From Raillietiella orientalis (taxonomy: Eukaryota): a stretch of DNA of 64,000 nucleotides. The first letter of the stretch is position 1, and every line of letters begins with the position of its first letter. The stretch is from positions 1-64,000 of the forward strand of contig JAYWIR010000121.1 of the NCBI GenBank assembly GCA_036172245.1, in the 5' to 3' direction. The notes under the pieces were generated by a model. The model searched no databases, had not been told where the DNA came from, and worked only from the letters and a program-made list of their open reading frames with translations. Made by a program: the position numbers and the translations under genes. Positions 1-15,000 of the stretch are shown here, piece by piece.

Positions 1-3000
1 GAATAACCAATCCACGCAGCTAGAGATGTAGTGTCATTTTCTGAAAACAAAACAGAAAAGTAACAACCTCATCGTCATTGCTGCCACTTGAAAGGCAATA
101 ACTCGAACTTCCGACAACCAATTCCCAATGTTTCTCGGAATATGGAATACAACATTGGTGTCTCTTCCTTTCTCGGAATCAGTTAATTTCTTCATAGCGA
201 ACATGCCATGGAAGCTGACTTACAGGAAAACAGCTGTAGTGTAACAAGAGTCAAGATATCTTTGCTCCTTCAAATTCGAAGAATATAAAAGGGTGTCATT
301 TGATTCGCAACCTTTGTTTCCTGGACAACGAAACAGATGTCGGAGTGTACAATCCATTGCAAAAAATAACTATTTATCATTCTTCATGATAGCAGTCTAA
401 AGTTGACATGATTTGCGAAGATGATATCAAGAATGCGGATGCGTGATCTTCCTAGCAGGAAATAATTAGCTCTGCATGGGAAAACAAGCAAAACTCATTG
501 AAAATGTCAACTTAATATAATAACTCAATACAGAACAGAAGTCACCAACTATCTAAAACAACAGAAATGCTTTTTGACGATTTTCAACATTAGTTGCTAC
601 GTTAACAATTCCGTAGTCAATCCGTTGTCACTTGCTGCAATGTCGATGACACTGGAATTGTGAGGTCACACCAAAAAATTGCAGATTCCCAATGGCAGTC
701 GATTTGCGACTTGTCAACCGTATGAAACGGAAACAATCGGTGCATTCAAAATGAGATCTTCAGTTGCATGCTAAATTTTTATCATATTTATGTTAAGAAA
801 GCAAGGAAAATAGTGGAATTTTCCAAATTGCGCTGCTTAAATGGCGTCCGCATTTGCAGTGGAACCTTCATTTTTGTAACGATTCTGCTATGCAGAAATT
901 GCCTCTCTCTGCACATCAGTCGACGTCCACACATAGATCAGAATTCGCGATGCAACTGAAACTGTTTTGCCAGTTTTTATTGTTTCTACGACCATGGCGC
1001 AACTTGGCAAGCCTCGTCCATCGAGGTTGCGAATTTTTAGAAAAATTGTAAATAGTAGTCTATATCGAAGAATAATGTTGATAAAACAAGTTATTCTTTG
1101 TTTGTCCAAGCAGATCGAAATCGAAATAAAGAGAGGTGAGATTGTAGTGCCATTGCAGAATAAAAGAAAAGGAACGAAAAACATCTTTGCTGTTAATGTA
1201 CTCGGAACGCAGTAACTAGGACATCCGACGTAGATTTTCTAGTGTGTCTCGGTATATTGAATAGCACTTACGTGGGTGCTCTTTGCCGCCATGGGCGACA
1301 TTCATGTGAAAGCACAAGAGCGGAAAGATCTTTTGCAGAGACAACCTTGTTTTGGAACTGCCGTGGAAAGATCTAAGATTCGTAGTTTACTTTGGCTCTG
1401 AATGTTTGGTCTTCAATTTGTGACATTCGTTTCCATGACAATGAGATGGATTTAGAGTGTTCCTTTCTTTGGAAGCAAAGGAAAGTCCGTGTTCTTTATC
1501 GCTGTTGTCTTGAACTGTTATCTTCTGTGGAGTATATGTGTGAAGTATGCCGATGCATTCTCATCAAAGCAACGAAAATATACCTGTGCGTAGAAAGTGG
1601 AAAGCAACCGAATGAAGACATTAGTTTGCTCGAAAGAATTACTTCGGCACAGACGTAACCAAATCCTAGAGGAGAACGAGTGCTATTACAGGAATTGCTT
1701 CATTCGTTTAGGCGACAATTATTCTGTAACAAATCGGTTGTGTCGCACAGAAATGTCGATGAGACTGGACATATTAGTGCTCACCGAAAAATTGCTCCTG
1801 CGCTCCTGTAATCGAGATTCGGATTTAGACGGTATGTGATCCGAACCATCGAATCTTTGCAGTTGAGTGTTAGACATGCGTATTTCGTTATGTATTCGAT
1901 AGCCAAACGAATTCAACGCAGATTTAATTCTTAGAAAATTTTCCTTTCTCAAATAGTGTTATTATTTCGATTGAAACGATCTGCTTTATGGCGAAGAACC
2001 ATGATAAGAACTGCTTATCTTTGCGCATCAGTCGACGTGCACACATGATTCTATATTAACCATAGATATCCAAACCAGCGGTACAGGGTTTGAATACGCT
2101 CTGCGCCACTTAACAAACTTTGTCTATCGCTGTGCTTATGCTTCTCAAGAATCAAAATGACAACTAGCGTTGAAATGTAACTAACCAAGCGAAGGCATTC
2201 TTCGTTCGTCTACACAGATCGAATGGCCAATCCACGCAGCTAGAGATGTAGTGTCATTTTATGAAAACAAAACAGAAAAGTAACAACCTCATCGTCATTG
2301 CTGCCACTTGGAAGGCAACAACTCGAACTTCCGACAACCAATTCCCAATGTTTCTCTGAATATGGAATACAACATTGGTGTCTCTTCCTTTCTCGGAATC
2401 GGTTAATTTCTTCATAGCGAACATGATATGGAAGCTGTCTTACAGGAAAACAGCTGTTGTGGAACAAAAGTCAAGATATCTTTGCTCTTTCAAATTCGAA
2501 GAATATAAAAGGGTGTCATTTGTTTCGCAACCTTTGTTTCCTGGACAACGAAACAGATGTCGGAGTGTACCATCCCTTGGAAAAAATAACTATTTATCAT
2601 TCTTCATGATAGCAGTCTAAAGTTGACTTATTTGCGAAGATGATATCAAGAATGCGGATGCGTGATCTTCCTAGCAGGAAATAATTACCTCTGCATGGGA
2701 AAACAAGCAAAACTCATTGAAAATGTCAACTTAATATAATAACTCAATACAGAACAGAACTCACCAACTATCTAAAACAACAGAAATGCTTTTTGACGAT
2801 TTTCAACATTAGTTGCTACGTTAACAATTCCGTAGTCAATCCGTTGTCACTTGCTGCAATGTCGATGACACTGGAATTGTGAGGTCACACCAAAAAATTG
2901 CAGATTCCCAATGGCAGTCGATTTGCGACTTGTCAACCGTATGAAACGGAAACAATCGGTGCATTCAAAATGAGATCTTCAGTTGCATGCTAAATTTTAA

Positions 3001-6000
3001 TCATAATTATGTTAAGAAAGCAAGGAAAATAGTGGAATTTTCCAAATTGCGCTGCTTAAATGGCGTCCGCATTTGCAGTGGAACCTTCATTTTTGTAACG
3101 ATTCTGCTATGCAGAAATTGCCTCTCTTTGCACATCAGTCGACGTCCACACATAGATCAGAATTCGCGATGCAACTGAAACTGTTTTGCCAGTTTTTATT
3201 GTTTCTACGAGCATGGCGCAACCTGGCAAACCTCGTCGATCGAGGTTGCGAATTTTTAGAAAAATTGTAAATAGCAGGCTGTATCGAAGAATAATGTTGA
3301 TAAAACAAGTTATTCTTTGTTTGTCCAAGCAGATCGAAATCGAAATAAAGAGAGGTGAGGGTGTAGTGCCATTGCAGAATAAAAGAAAAGGAACGAAAAA
3401 CATCTTTGCTGTTAATGTACTGGGAACGCAGTAACTAGGACTTCCGACGTAGATTTTCTAGTGTGTCTCGGTATATTGAATAGCACTTACGTGGGTGCTC
3501 TTTTGCCGCCATGGGCGACATTCATGTGAAAGCACAAGAGCGGAAAGATCTTTTGCAGAGACAACCTTGTCTTGGAACTGCAGTGGAAAGATCTATGATT
3601 CGTAGTTTACTTTGGCTCTGAATGTTTGGTCTTTAATTTGTGACATTCGTTTCCATGACAATGGAATGGATTTAGAGTGTTCATTTCTTTTGAAGGAAAG
3701 GAAAGTCCGTGTTCTTTATCGCTGTTGTCTTGAACGGTTATCTTCTGTGGAGTATATGTGTGAAGTATGCTGATGCATTCTCATCAAAGCAACGAAAATA
3801 TACCTGTGCGTAGAAAGTGGAAAGCAACCGAATGAAGACATTAGTTTGCTCGAAAGAATTACTTCGGCACAGACGTAACCAAATCCTAGAGGAGAACGAG
3901 TGCTATTACAGGAATTGCTTCATTCGTTTAGGCGACAATTATTCTGTAACAAATCGGTTGTGTCGCACAGAAATGTCGATGGAACTGGACATATTAGTGC
4001 TCACCGAAAAATTGCACCTGCGCTTTTGTAATCCAGATTCGGATTTAGACGGTATGTGATCCGAACCATCGAATCTTTGCAGTTGAGTGTTAGAGATGCG
4101 TATTTCGTTTTGTTTTCGATAGCCAAACGAATTCAACGCAGATTGAATTCTTAGAAAATTTTCCTTTCTCAAATAGTGTTTTTATTTCGATTGAAACGCT
4201 CTGTTTTATGGCGAAGAACCATGGGAAGAACTGCTTATCTTTGCGCATCAGTCGACGTGCACACATGATTCTATCTTAACCATAGATATGCAAACCAGCG
4301 GTACAGGGTTTGAATCCGCTCTGCGCCACTTAACAAACTTTGTCTATCGCTGTGCTTATGCTTCTCAAGAATCAAAATGACAACTAGCGTTGAAATGTAA
4401 GTAACCAACTGAAGATATTCTTCGTTCGTCGACACAGATCGAATAACCAATCCACGCAGCTAGAGATGTAGTGTCATTTTATGAAAACAAAACAGAAAAG
4501 TAACAACCTCATCGTCATTGCTGCCACTTGGAAGGCAATAACTCGAACTTCCGACAACCAATTCCCAATGTTAATCTGAATATGGAATACAACATTGGTG
4601 TCTCTTCCTTTCTCGGAATCGGTTAATTTCTTGATAGCGAACATTCCATGGAAGCTGTCTTACAGGAAAACAGCTATAGTGGAACAAGAGTCAAGATATC
4701 TTTGCTCCTTCAAATTCGAAGAATATAAAAGGGTGTCATTTGATTCGCAACCTTTGTTTCCTGGACAACCAAACAGATGGCCGAGTGTACAACCTCTTGG
4801 AAAAAATAACTATTCATCATTGTCCATGATAGCAGTCTAAAGTTGACATGATTTGCGAAGATGATATCAAGAATGCAGATGCGTGATCTTCCTAGCAGGA
4901 AATAATTAGCTCTGCATGGGAAAACAAGCAAAATTCATTGAAAATGTCAACATAATATAATAACTGAATACAGAACAGAAGTCACCAACTATCTAAAACA
5001 ACAAGAATGCTTCTTGACGATTTTCAACATTAGTTGCTACGTAAAGAATTCCGTAGTGAATCCGTTGTCACATGCTGCAATGCCGATGACACTGGAATTG
5101 TGAGGTCCCACCAAAAAATTGCAGATTCCCAATGGCAGTCGATTTGCGACTTGTCAAGCGTATGAAACGGAAACAATCGGTGCACTCGAAATGAGATCAG
5201 CAGATGCATGCTAAATTTTAATCACAATTATGTTAAGAAAGCAAGAAAAATAGTAAAATCTTCCAAATTGCGCTGCTTAAATGGCGTCCGCATTTGCAGT
5301 GCAACCTTCAACTTTGTAACGATTCAACTATGCAGAAATTGCCTCTCTTTGCACATCAGTCGACGTCCACACATAGATCAGAATTCGCGATGCAACTGAA
5401 ACTGTTTTGCCAGTTTTTATTGTTTCTATGAGCATGGCGCAACTTGGCAAGCCTCGTCGATCGAGGTTGCCAATTTTTAGAAAAATTGTAAATAGTAGTC
5501 TATATCGAAGAAGAATGTTGATAAAACAAGTTATTCTTTGTTTGTCCAAGCACATCGAAATCGAAATAAAGAGAGGTGAGGGTGTAGTGCCATTGCAGAA
5601 TCAAAGAAAAGGAACGGGATACATCTTTGCTGTTAATGTACTGGGAACGCAGTAACTAGGACTTCCGACGTAGATTTTCTAGTGTGTCTCGGTATATTGA
5701 ATAGCACTTACGTGGGTGCTCTGTTGCCGCCATGGGCGACATTCATGTGAAAGCACAAGAGCGGAAAGATCTTTTGCAGAGACAACCTTGTCTTGGGACT
5801 GCCGTGGAAAGATCTATGATTCGTAGTTTACTTTGGCTCTGAATGTTTGGTCTTCAATTTGTGACATTCGTTTCCATGACAATGGGATGGATTTAGAGTG
5901 TTCATTTCCTTGGAAGGAAAGGAAAGTCCGTGTTCTTTATTGCTGTTGTCTTGAACTGTTATCTTCTGTGGAGTATATGTGTGAAGTATGCCGATGCATT

Positions 6001-9000
6001 CTCATCAAAGCAACGAAAATATACCTGTGCGTAGAAAGTGGAAAGCAACCGAATGAAGACATTAGTTTGCTCGAAAGAATTACTTCGGCACAGACGTAAC
6101 CAAATCCTAGAGGAGAACGAGTGCTATTACAGGAATTGCTTCATTCGTTTAGGCGACAATTATTCTGTTACAAATCGGTTGTGTCGCACAGAAATGTCGA
6201 TCGGACTGGACATATTAGTGCTCACCGAAATATTGCACCTGCGCTCCTGTAATCCAGATTCGGATTTAGACGGTATGTGATCCGAACCATCGAATCTTTG
6301 CAGTTGAGTGTTAGACATGCGTATTTCGTTATGTTTTCGATAGCCAAACGAATTCAACGCAGATTTAATTCTTAGAAAATTTTCCTTTCTCAAATAGTGT
6401 TATTATTTCGATTGAAACGCTCTGCTTTATGGCGAAGATCCATGGGAAGAACTGCTTATCTTTGCGCATCAGTCGACGTGCACACATGATTCTATATTAA
6501 CCATCGATATCCAAACCAGCGGTACAGGGTTTGAATACGCTCTGCGCCACTTAACAAACTTTGTCTATCGCTGTGCTTATGCTTCTCAAGAATCAAAATG
6601 ACAACTAGCGTTGAAATGTAAGTAACCAAGCGAAGGCATTCTTCGTTCGTCTACACAGATCCACGCAGCTAGAGATGTAGTGTCATTTTATGAAAACAAA
6701 ACAGAAAAGTAACAACCTCATCGTCATTGCTGCCACTTGGAAGGCAACAACTCGAACTTCCGACAACCAATTCCCAATGTTTCTCGGAATATGAAATACA
6801 ACATTGGTGTCTCTTCCTTTCTCGGAATCGGTTGATTTCTTCATAGCGAACATGCCATGGAAGCTGTCTTACAGGAAAACAGCTGTTGTGGAACAAGAGT
6901 CAAGATATCTTTGCTCCTTCAAATTCGAAGCATATAAAAGGGTGTCGTTTGATTCGCAACCTTTGTTTCCTGGACAACGAAACAGATGTCGGAGTGTACA
7001 ATCCCTTGGAAAGAATAACTATTCATCATTGTTCATGATAGCAGTCTAAAGTTGACATGATTTGCGAAGATGATATCAAGAATGCGGATGCGTGATCTTC
7101 CTAGCAGGAAATAATTAGCTCTGCATGGGAAAACAAGCAAAACTCATTGAAAATGTGAACATAATATAATAACTGAATACAGAACAGAAGTCACCAACTA
7201 TCTAAAACAACAAGAATGCTTCTTGACGATTTTGAACATTAGTTGCTACGTAAAGAATTCCGTAGTGAATCCGCTGTCACATGCGGCAATGTCGATGACA
7301 CTGGAATTGTGAGGTCCCACCAAAAAATTGCAGATTCCCAATGGGAGTCGATTTGCGACTTGTCAACCGTATGAAACGGAAACAATCGGTGCACTCGAAA
7401 TGAGATCAGCAGATGCATGCTAAATTTTAATCACAATTATGTTAAGAAAGCAAGGAAAATAGTAAAATTTTCCTAATACCGCTGCTTAAATGGCGTCCGC
7501 ATTTGCAGTGCAACCTTCAACTTTGTAACGATTCAACTATGCAGAAATTGCCTCTCTTCGCACATCAGTCGACGTCCAAACATAGATCAGAATTCGCGAT
7601 GCAACTGAAACTGTTTTGCCAGTTTTTATTGTTTCTATGAGCATGGCGCAACCTGGCAAACCTCGTCGATCGAGGTTGCGAATTTTTAGAAAAATTGTAA
7701 ATAGCAGGTTGTATCGAAGAATAATGTTGATAAAACAAGTTATTCTTTGTTTGTCCAAGCAGATCGAAATCGAAATAAAGAGAGGTGAGGGTGTAGTGCC
7801 ATTGCAGAATAAAAGAAAAGGAACGAAAAACATCTTTGCTGTTAATGTACTGGGAACGCAGTAACTAGGACTTCCGACGTAGATTTTCTAGTGTGTCTCG
7901 GTATATTGAATAGCACTTACGTGGGTGCTCTTTTGCCGCCATGGGCGACATTCATGTGAAAGCACAAGAGCGGAAAGATCTCTTGCAGAGACAACCTTGT
8001 CTTAAAACTGCCGTGGAAAGATCTATGATTCGTAGTTTACTTTGGCTCTGAATGTTTGGTCTTCAATTTGTGACATTCGTTTCCATGACAATGGGATGGA
8101 TTTAGAGTGTTCATTTCTTTGGAAGGAAAGGAAAGTCCGTGTTCTTTATCGCTGTTGTCTTGAACTGTTATCTTCTGTGGAGTATATGTGTGAAGTATGC
8201 CGATGCATTCTCATCAAAGCAACGAAAATATACCTGTGCGTAGAAAGTGGAAAGCAACCGAATGAAGACATTAGTTTGCTCGAAAGAATTACTTCGGCAC
8301 AGACGTAACCAAATCCTAGAGGAGAACGAGCGCTATTACAGGAATTGCTTCATTCGTTTCTGCGACAATTCTTCTGTAACAAATCGGTTGTGTCGCACAG
8401 AAATGTCGATGGAACTGGACATATTAGTGCTCACCGAAAAATTGCACCTCCGCTTTTGTAATCCAGATTCGGATTTAGACGGTATGTGATCCGAACCAAC
8501 GAATCTTTGCAGTTCAGTGTTAGAGATGCGAATTTCGTTATGTTTTCGATAGCCAAACGAATTCAACGCAGATTTAATTCTTAGAAAATTTTCCTTTCTC
8601 AAATAGTGTTATTATTTCGATTGAAACGCTCTGCTTTATGGAGAAGAACCATGGGAAGAACTGCTTATCTTTGCGCATCAGTGGACGTGCATACATGATT
8701 CTATATTAACCATAGATATCCAAACCAGCGGTACAGGGTTTGAATACGCTCTGCGCCACTTAACAAAATTTGTCTATCGCTGTGCTTATGCTTCTCAAGA
8801 ATCAAAATGACAACTAGCGTTGAAATGTAAGTAACCAAGTGAAGGCATTCTTCGTTCGTCGACACAGATCGAATAACCAATCCACGCAGCTAGAGATGTA
8901 GTGTCATTTTATGAAAACAAAACAGAAAAGTAACAACCTCATCGTGATTGCTGCCACTTGGAAGGCAATAACTCGAACTTCCGACAACCAATTCCCAATG

Positions 9001-12000
9001 TTAATCTGAATATGGAATACAACATTGGTGTCTCTTCCTTTCTCGGAATCGGTTAATTTCTTGATAGCGAACATTCCATGGAAGCTGTCTTACAGGAAAA
9101 CAGCTATAGTGGAACAAGAGTCAAGATATCTTTGCTCCTTCAAATTCGAAGAATATAAAAGGGTGTCATTTGATTCCCAACCTTTGTTTCCTGGACAACG
9201 AAACAGATGTCGGAGTGTACAATCCATTGCAAAAAATAACTGTTTATCATTCTTCATGATAGCAGTCTAAAGTTGACATGATTTGCGAAGATGATATCAA
9301 GAATGCGGATGCGTGATCTTCCTAGCAGGAAATAATTAGCTCTGCATGGGAAAACAAGCAAAACTCATTGAAAATGTCAACATAATATTATAACTCAATA
9401 CAGAACAGAAGTCACCAACTATCTAAAACAACAGAAATGCTTTTTGACGATTTTCAACATTAGTTGCTACGTTAACAATTCCGTAGTCAATCCGTTGTCA
9501 CTTGCTGCAATGTCGATGACACTGGAATTGTGAGGTCACACCAAAAAATTGCAGATTCCCAATGGCAGTCGATTTGCGACTTGCCAACCGTATGAAACGG
9601 AAACAATCGGTGCATTCAAAATGAGATCTTCAGTTGCATGCTAAATTTTTATCATATTTATGTTAAGAAAGCAAGGAAAATAGTGGAATTTTCCAAATTG
9701 CGCTGCTTAAATGGCGTCCGCATTTGCAGTGGAACCTTCATTTTTGTAACGATTCTGCTATGCAGAAATTGCCTCTCTCTGCACATCAGTCGACGTCCAC
9801 ACATAGATCAGAATTCGCGATGCAACTGAAACTGTTTTGCCAGTTTTTATTGTTTCTACGACCATGGCGCAACTTGGCAAGCCTCGTCCATCGAGGTTGC
9901 GAATTTTTAGAAAAATTGTAAATAGTAGTCTATATCGAAGAATAATGTTGATAAAACAAGTTATTCTTTGTTTGTCCAAGCAGATCGAAATCGAAATAAA
10001 GAGAGGTGAGATTGTAGTGCCATTGCAGAATAAAAGAAAAGGAACGAAAAACATCTTTGCTGTTAATGTACTCGGAACGCAGTAACTAGGACATCCGACG
10101 TAGATTTTCTAGTGTGTCTCGGTATATTGAATAGCACTTACGTGGGTGCTCTTTGCCGCCATGGGCGACATTCATGTGAAAGCACAAGAGCGGAAAGATC
10201 TTTTGCAGAGACAACCTTGTTTTGGAACTGCCGTGGAAAGATCTAAGATTCGTAGTTTACTTTGGCTCTGAATGTTTGGTCTTCAATTTGTGACATTCCT
10301 TTCCATGACAATGGGATGTATTTAGAGTGTTCATTTCTTTGGAAGGAAAGGTAAGTCCGTGTTCTTTATCGCTGTTGTCTTGAACTGTTATCTTCTGTGG
10401 AGTATATGTGTGAAGTAAGCCGATGCATTCTCATCAAAGCAACGAAAATATACCTGTGCGTAGAAAGTGGAAAGCAACCGACTGAAGACATTAGTTTGCT
10501 TGACAGAATTATTACGGCACAGACGTCAGCAAATCCTGAAGGAAAAGGAGTGCTATTACACGAATTGAATCATTCGTTTCTGCGACAGTTCTTCTGTAAC
10601 AAATAGGTTGTGTCGCACAGAAATGTCGATGGAACTGGACAGATTAGGGCTTACCAAAGAATTGCATTTGCGCTCCTGTAATCCAGATTCGGATTTAGAC
10701 GGTATGTGATCCGAACCATCGTTCCTTTGCAGTTGAGTGTTAGAGATGCGTATTTCGTTATGTTTTCGATAGCAAAACGAATTCAACGCAGAAATAATTC
10801 TTAGAAAATTTTGCTTTCTCAAATATTTCTATTACTTCGATTGAAACGCTCTGCTTTATGGCGAAGAAGCATAAGAAGAACTGCTTATGTTTGCGCATCA
10901 GTCGACGTGCACACATGATTCTATATTAAGCATAGATATCCAAACCAGCGGTACAGGGTTTGAATACGCTCTGCGCCACTTAACAAACTTTGTCTATCGC
11001 TGTGCTTATGCTTCTCAAGAATCAAAATGAGAACTAGCGTTGAAATGTAAGTAACCAAGTGAAGATATTCTTCGTTCGTCTACACAGATCGAATGGCCAA
11101 TCCACGCAGCTAGAGATGTAGTGTCATTTTATGAAAACAAAACAGAAAAGTAACAACCTCATCGTCATTGCTGCCACTTGGAAGGCAACAACTCGAACTT
11201 CCGACAACCAATTCCCAATGTTTCTCTGAATATGGAATACAACATTGGTGTCTCTTCCTTTCTCGGAATCGGTTAATTTCTTCATAGCGAACATGATATG
11301 GAAGCTGTCTTACAGGAAAACAGCTGTTGTGGAACAAAAGTCAAGATATCTTTGCTCCTTCAAATTCGAAGAATATAAAAGGGTGTCATTTGTTTCGCAA
11401 CCTTTGTTTCCTGGACAACGAAACAGATGTCGGAGTGTACAATCCCTTGGAAAAAATAACTATTTATCATTCTTCATGATAGCAGTCTAAAGTTGACTTA
11501 TTTGCGAAGATGATATCAAGAATGCGGATGCGTGATCTTCCTAGCAGGAAATAATTAGCTCTGCATGGGAAAACAAGCAAAACTCATTGAAAATGTCAAC
11601 TTAATATAATAACTCAATACAGAACAGAAGTCACCAACTATCCAAAACAACAGAAATGCTTTTTGACGATTTTCAACATTAGTTGCTACGTCAACAATTC
11701 CGTAGTCAATCCGTTGTCACTTGCTGCAATGTCGCTGACACTGGAATTGTGAGGTCACACCAAAAAATTGCAGATTCCCAATGGCAGTCGATTTGCGACT
11801 TGTCAACCGTATGAAACGGAAACAATCGTTGCATTCGAAATGAGATCAGCAGATGCATGCTAAATTTTCATCACAATTATGTTAAGAAAGCAAGGAAAAT
11901 AGTAAAATTTTCCAAATTGCGCTGCTTAAATGGCGTCCGCATTTGCAGTGCAACCTTCAACTTTGTAACGATTCAACTATGCAGAAATTGCCTCTCTTTG

Positions 12001-15000
12001 CACATCAGTCGACGTCCACACATAGATCAGAATTCGCGATGCAACTGAAACTGTTTTGCCAGTATTTATTGTTTCTATGAGCATGGCGCAACTTGGCAAA
12101 CCTAGTCGATCGAGGTTGCGAATTTTCAGAAAAATTGTAAATAGCAGGCTGTATCGAAGAATAATGTTGATAAAACAAGTTATTCTTTGTTCGTCCAAGC
12201 AGATCAAAATCGAAATAAAGAGTGGTGAGGGTGTAGTGCCATTGCAGAATAAAAGAAAAGGAACGAAAAACATCTTTGCTGTTAATGTACTGGGAACGCA
12301 GTAACTAGGACTTCCGACGTAGATTTTCTAGTGTGTCTCGGTATATTGAATAGCACTTACGTGGGTGCTCTTTTGCCGCCATGGGCGACATTCATGTGAA
12401 AGCACAAGAGCGGAAAGATCTTTTGCAGAGACAACCTTGTCTTCGAACTGCCGTGGAAAGATCTATGATTCGTAGTTTACTTTGGCTCTGAATGTTTGTT
12501 CTTCAATTTGTGACATTCGTTTCCATGACAATGGGATGGATTAAGAGTGTTCATTTCTTTGGAAGGAAAGGAAAGTCCGTGTTCTTTATCGCTGTTGTCT
12601 TGAACTGTTATGTTCTGTGGAGTATATGTTTGAAGTATGCTGATGCATTCTCATCAAAGCAACGAAAATATACCTGTGCGTAGAAAGTGGAAAGCAACCG
12701 AATGAAGACATTAGTTTGCTCGAAAGAATTACTTCGGCACAGACGTAACCAAATCCTCGAGGAGAACGAGTGCTATTACAGGAATTGCTTCATTCGTTTA
12801 GGCGACAATTATTCTGTTACAAATCGGTTGTGTCGCACAGAAATGTCGATCGGACTGGACATATTAGTGCTCACCGAAATATTGCACCTGCGCTCCTGTA
12901 ATCCAGATTCGGATTTAGACGGTATGTGATCCGAACCATCGAATCTTTGCAGTTGAGTGTTAGACATGCGTATTTCGTTATGTTTTCGATAGCCAAACGA
13001 ATTCAACGCAGATTTAATTCTTAGAAAATTTTCCTTTCTCAAATAGTGTTATTATTTCGATTGAAACGCTCTGCTTTATGGCGAAGATCCATGGGAAGAA
13101 CTGCTTATCTTTGCGCATCAGTCGACGTGCACACATGATTCTATATTAACCATCGATATCCAAACCAGCGGTACAGGGTTTGAATACGCTCTGCGCCACT
13201 TAACAAACTTTGTCTATCGCTGTGCTTATGCTTCTCAAGAATCAAAATGACAACTAGCGTTGAAATGTAAGTAACCAAGCGAAGGCATTCTTCGTTCGTC
13301 TACACAGATCGAATGGCCAATCCACGCAGCTAGAGATGTAGTGTCATTTTATGAAAACAAAACAGAAAAGTAACAACCTCATCGTCATTGCTGCCACTTG
13401 GAAGGCAACAACTCGAACTTCCGACAACCAATTCCCAATGTTTCTCGGAATATGAAATACAACATTGGTGTCTCTTCCTTTCTCGGAATCGGTTGATTTC
13501 TTCATAGCGAACATGCCATGGAAGCTGTCTTACAGGAAAACAGCTGTTGTGGAACAAGAGTCAAGATATCTTTGCTCCTTCAAATTCAAAGAATATAAAA
13601 GGGTGTTATTTGATTCGCAACCTTTGTTTCCTGGACAACGAAACAGATGTCGGAGTGTACAATCCCTTGGAAAAAAAAACTATTTATTATTCTTCATGAT
13701 AGCAGTCTAAAGTTGACATGATTTGCGAAGATGATATCAAGAATGCGGATGCGTGATCTTCCTAGCAGGAAATAATTAGCTCTGCATGGGAAAACAAGCA
13801 AATTTCATTGAAAATGTCAACTTAATATAATAACTCAATACAGAACAGAAGTCACCAACTATCTAAAACAACAGAAATGCTTTTTGACGATTTTCAACAT
13901 TAGTTGCTACCTTAACAATTCCGTAGTCAATCCGTTGTCACTTGCTGCAATGTCGATGACACTGGAATTGTGAGGTCACACCAAAAAATTGCAGATTCCC
14001 AATGGCAGTCGATTTGCGACTTGTCAACCGTATGAAACGGAAACAATCGGTTCATTCAAAATGAGATCTTCAGTTGCATGCTAAATTTTAATCATAATTA
14101 TGTTAACAGAGCAAGGAAAATAGTGGAATTTTCCAAATTGCGCTGCTTAAATTGCGTCCGCATTTGCAGTGCAACCTTCATTTTTGTAACGATTCGGCTA
14201 TGCAGAAATTGCCTCTCTTTGCACATCATTCGACGTCCACACATAGATCGGAATTCGCGATGCAACTGAAACTGTTTTGCCAGTTTTTATTGTTTCTACG
14301 AGCATGGCGCAACTTGGCAAGCCTCGACGATCGAGGTTGCGAATTTTTAGAAAAATTGTAAATAGTAGTCTATATCGAAGAATAATGTTGATAAAACAAG
14401 TTATTCTTTGTTTGTCCAAGCACATCGAAATCGAAATAAAGAGAGGTGAGTGTGTAGTGCCATTCCAGAATCAAAGAAAAGGAACGAGAAACATCTTTGC
14501 TGTTAATGTACTGGGAACGCAGTAACTAGGACTTCCGACGTAGATTTTCTAGTGTGTCTCGGTATATTCAATAGCACTTACGTGGGTGCTCTTTTGCCGC
14601 CATGGGCGACATTCATGTGAAAGCACAAGAGCGGAAAGGTCTTTTGCAGAGACAACCTTGTCTTGGAACTGCCGTGGAAAGATCTATGATTCGTAGTTTA
14701 CTTTGGCTCTGAATGTTTGGTCTTCACTTTGTGACATTCGTTTCCATGACAATGGGATGGATTTAGAGTGTTCATTTCTTTGGAAGGAAAGGAAAGTCCG
14801 TGTTCTTTATCGCTGTTGTCTTGAACTGTTATCTTCTATGGAGTACATGTGTGAAGTATGCCGATGCATTCTCATCAAAGCAACGAAAATATACCTGTGC
14901 GTAGAAAGTGGAAAGCAACCGAATGAAGACATTAGTTTGCTCGAAAGAATTACTTCGGCACAGACGTAACCAAATCCTAGAGGAGAACGAGTGCTATTAC

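Noticed and set aside
880..970. Minus-strand CVDVD*CAK resembling a calcium-binding EGF motif (TGA in both halves)
   Set aside because: The surrounding cysteine spacing does not fit EGF, stops lie nearby, and there is no codon bias, so no support for recoding.
1605..1640. Hammerhead-like (C/A)TGAAGA...CGAAA in the satellite (retrozyme hypothesis)
   Set aside because: No pairing stem II; copies with CTGAAGA have GACA rather than GAAA.
1..2220. 5S rRNA, spliced-leader RNA, snRNA, histone or tRNA genes as the repeat cargo; CRISPR-like array
   Set aside because: No recognisable motifs on either strand, and no short repeat with unique spacers.
1..2220. ~185-bp nucleosome-length sub-periodicity (2220 = 12 x 185)
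   Set aside because: Only weak AGATC recurrences were seen; numerology without an autocorrelation analysis.
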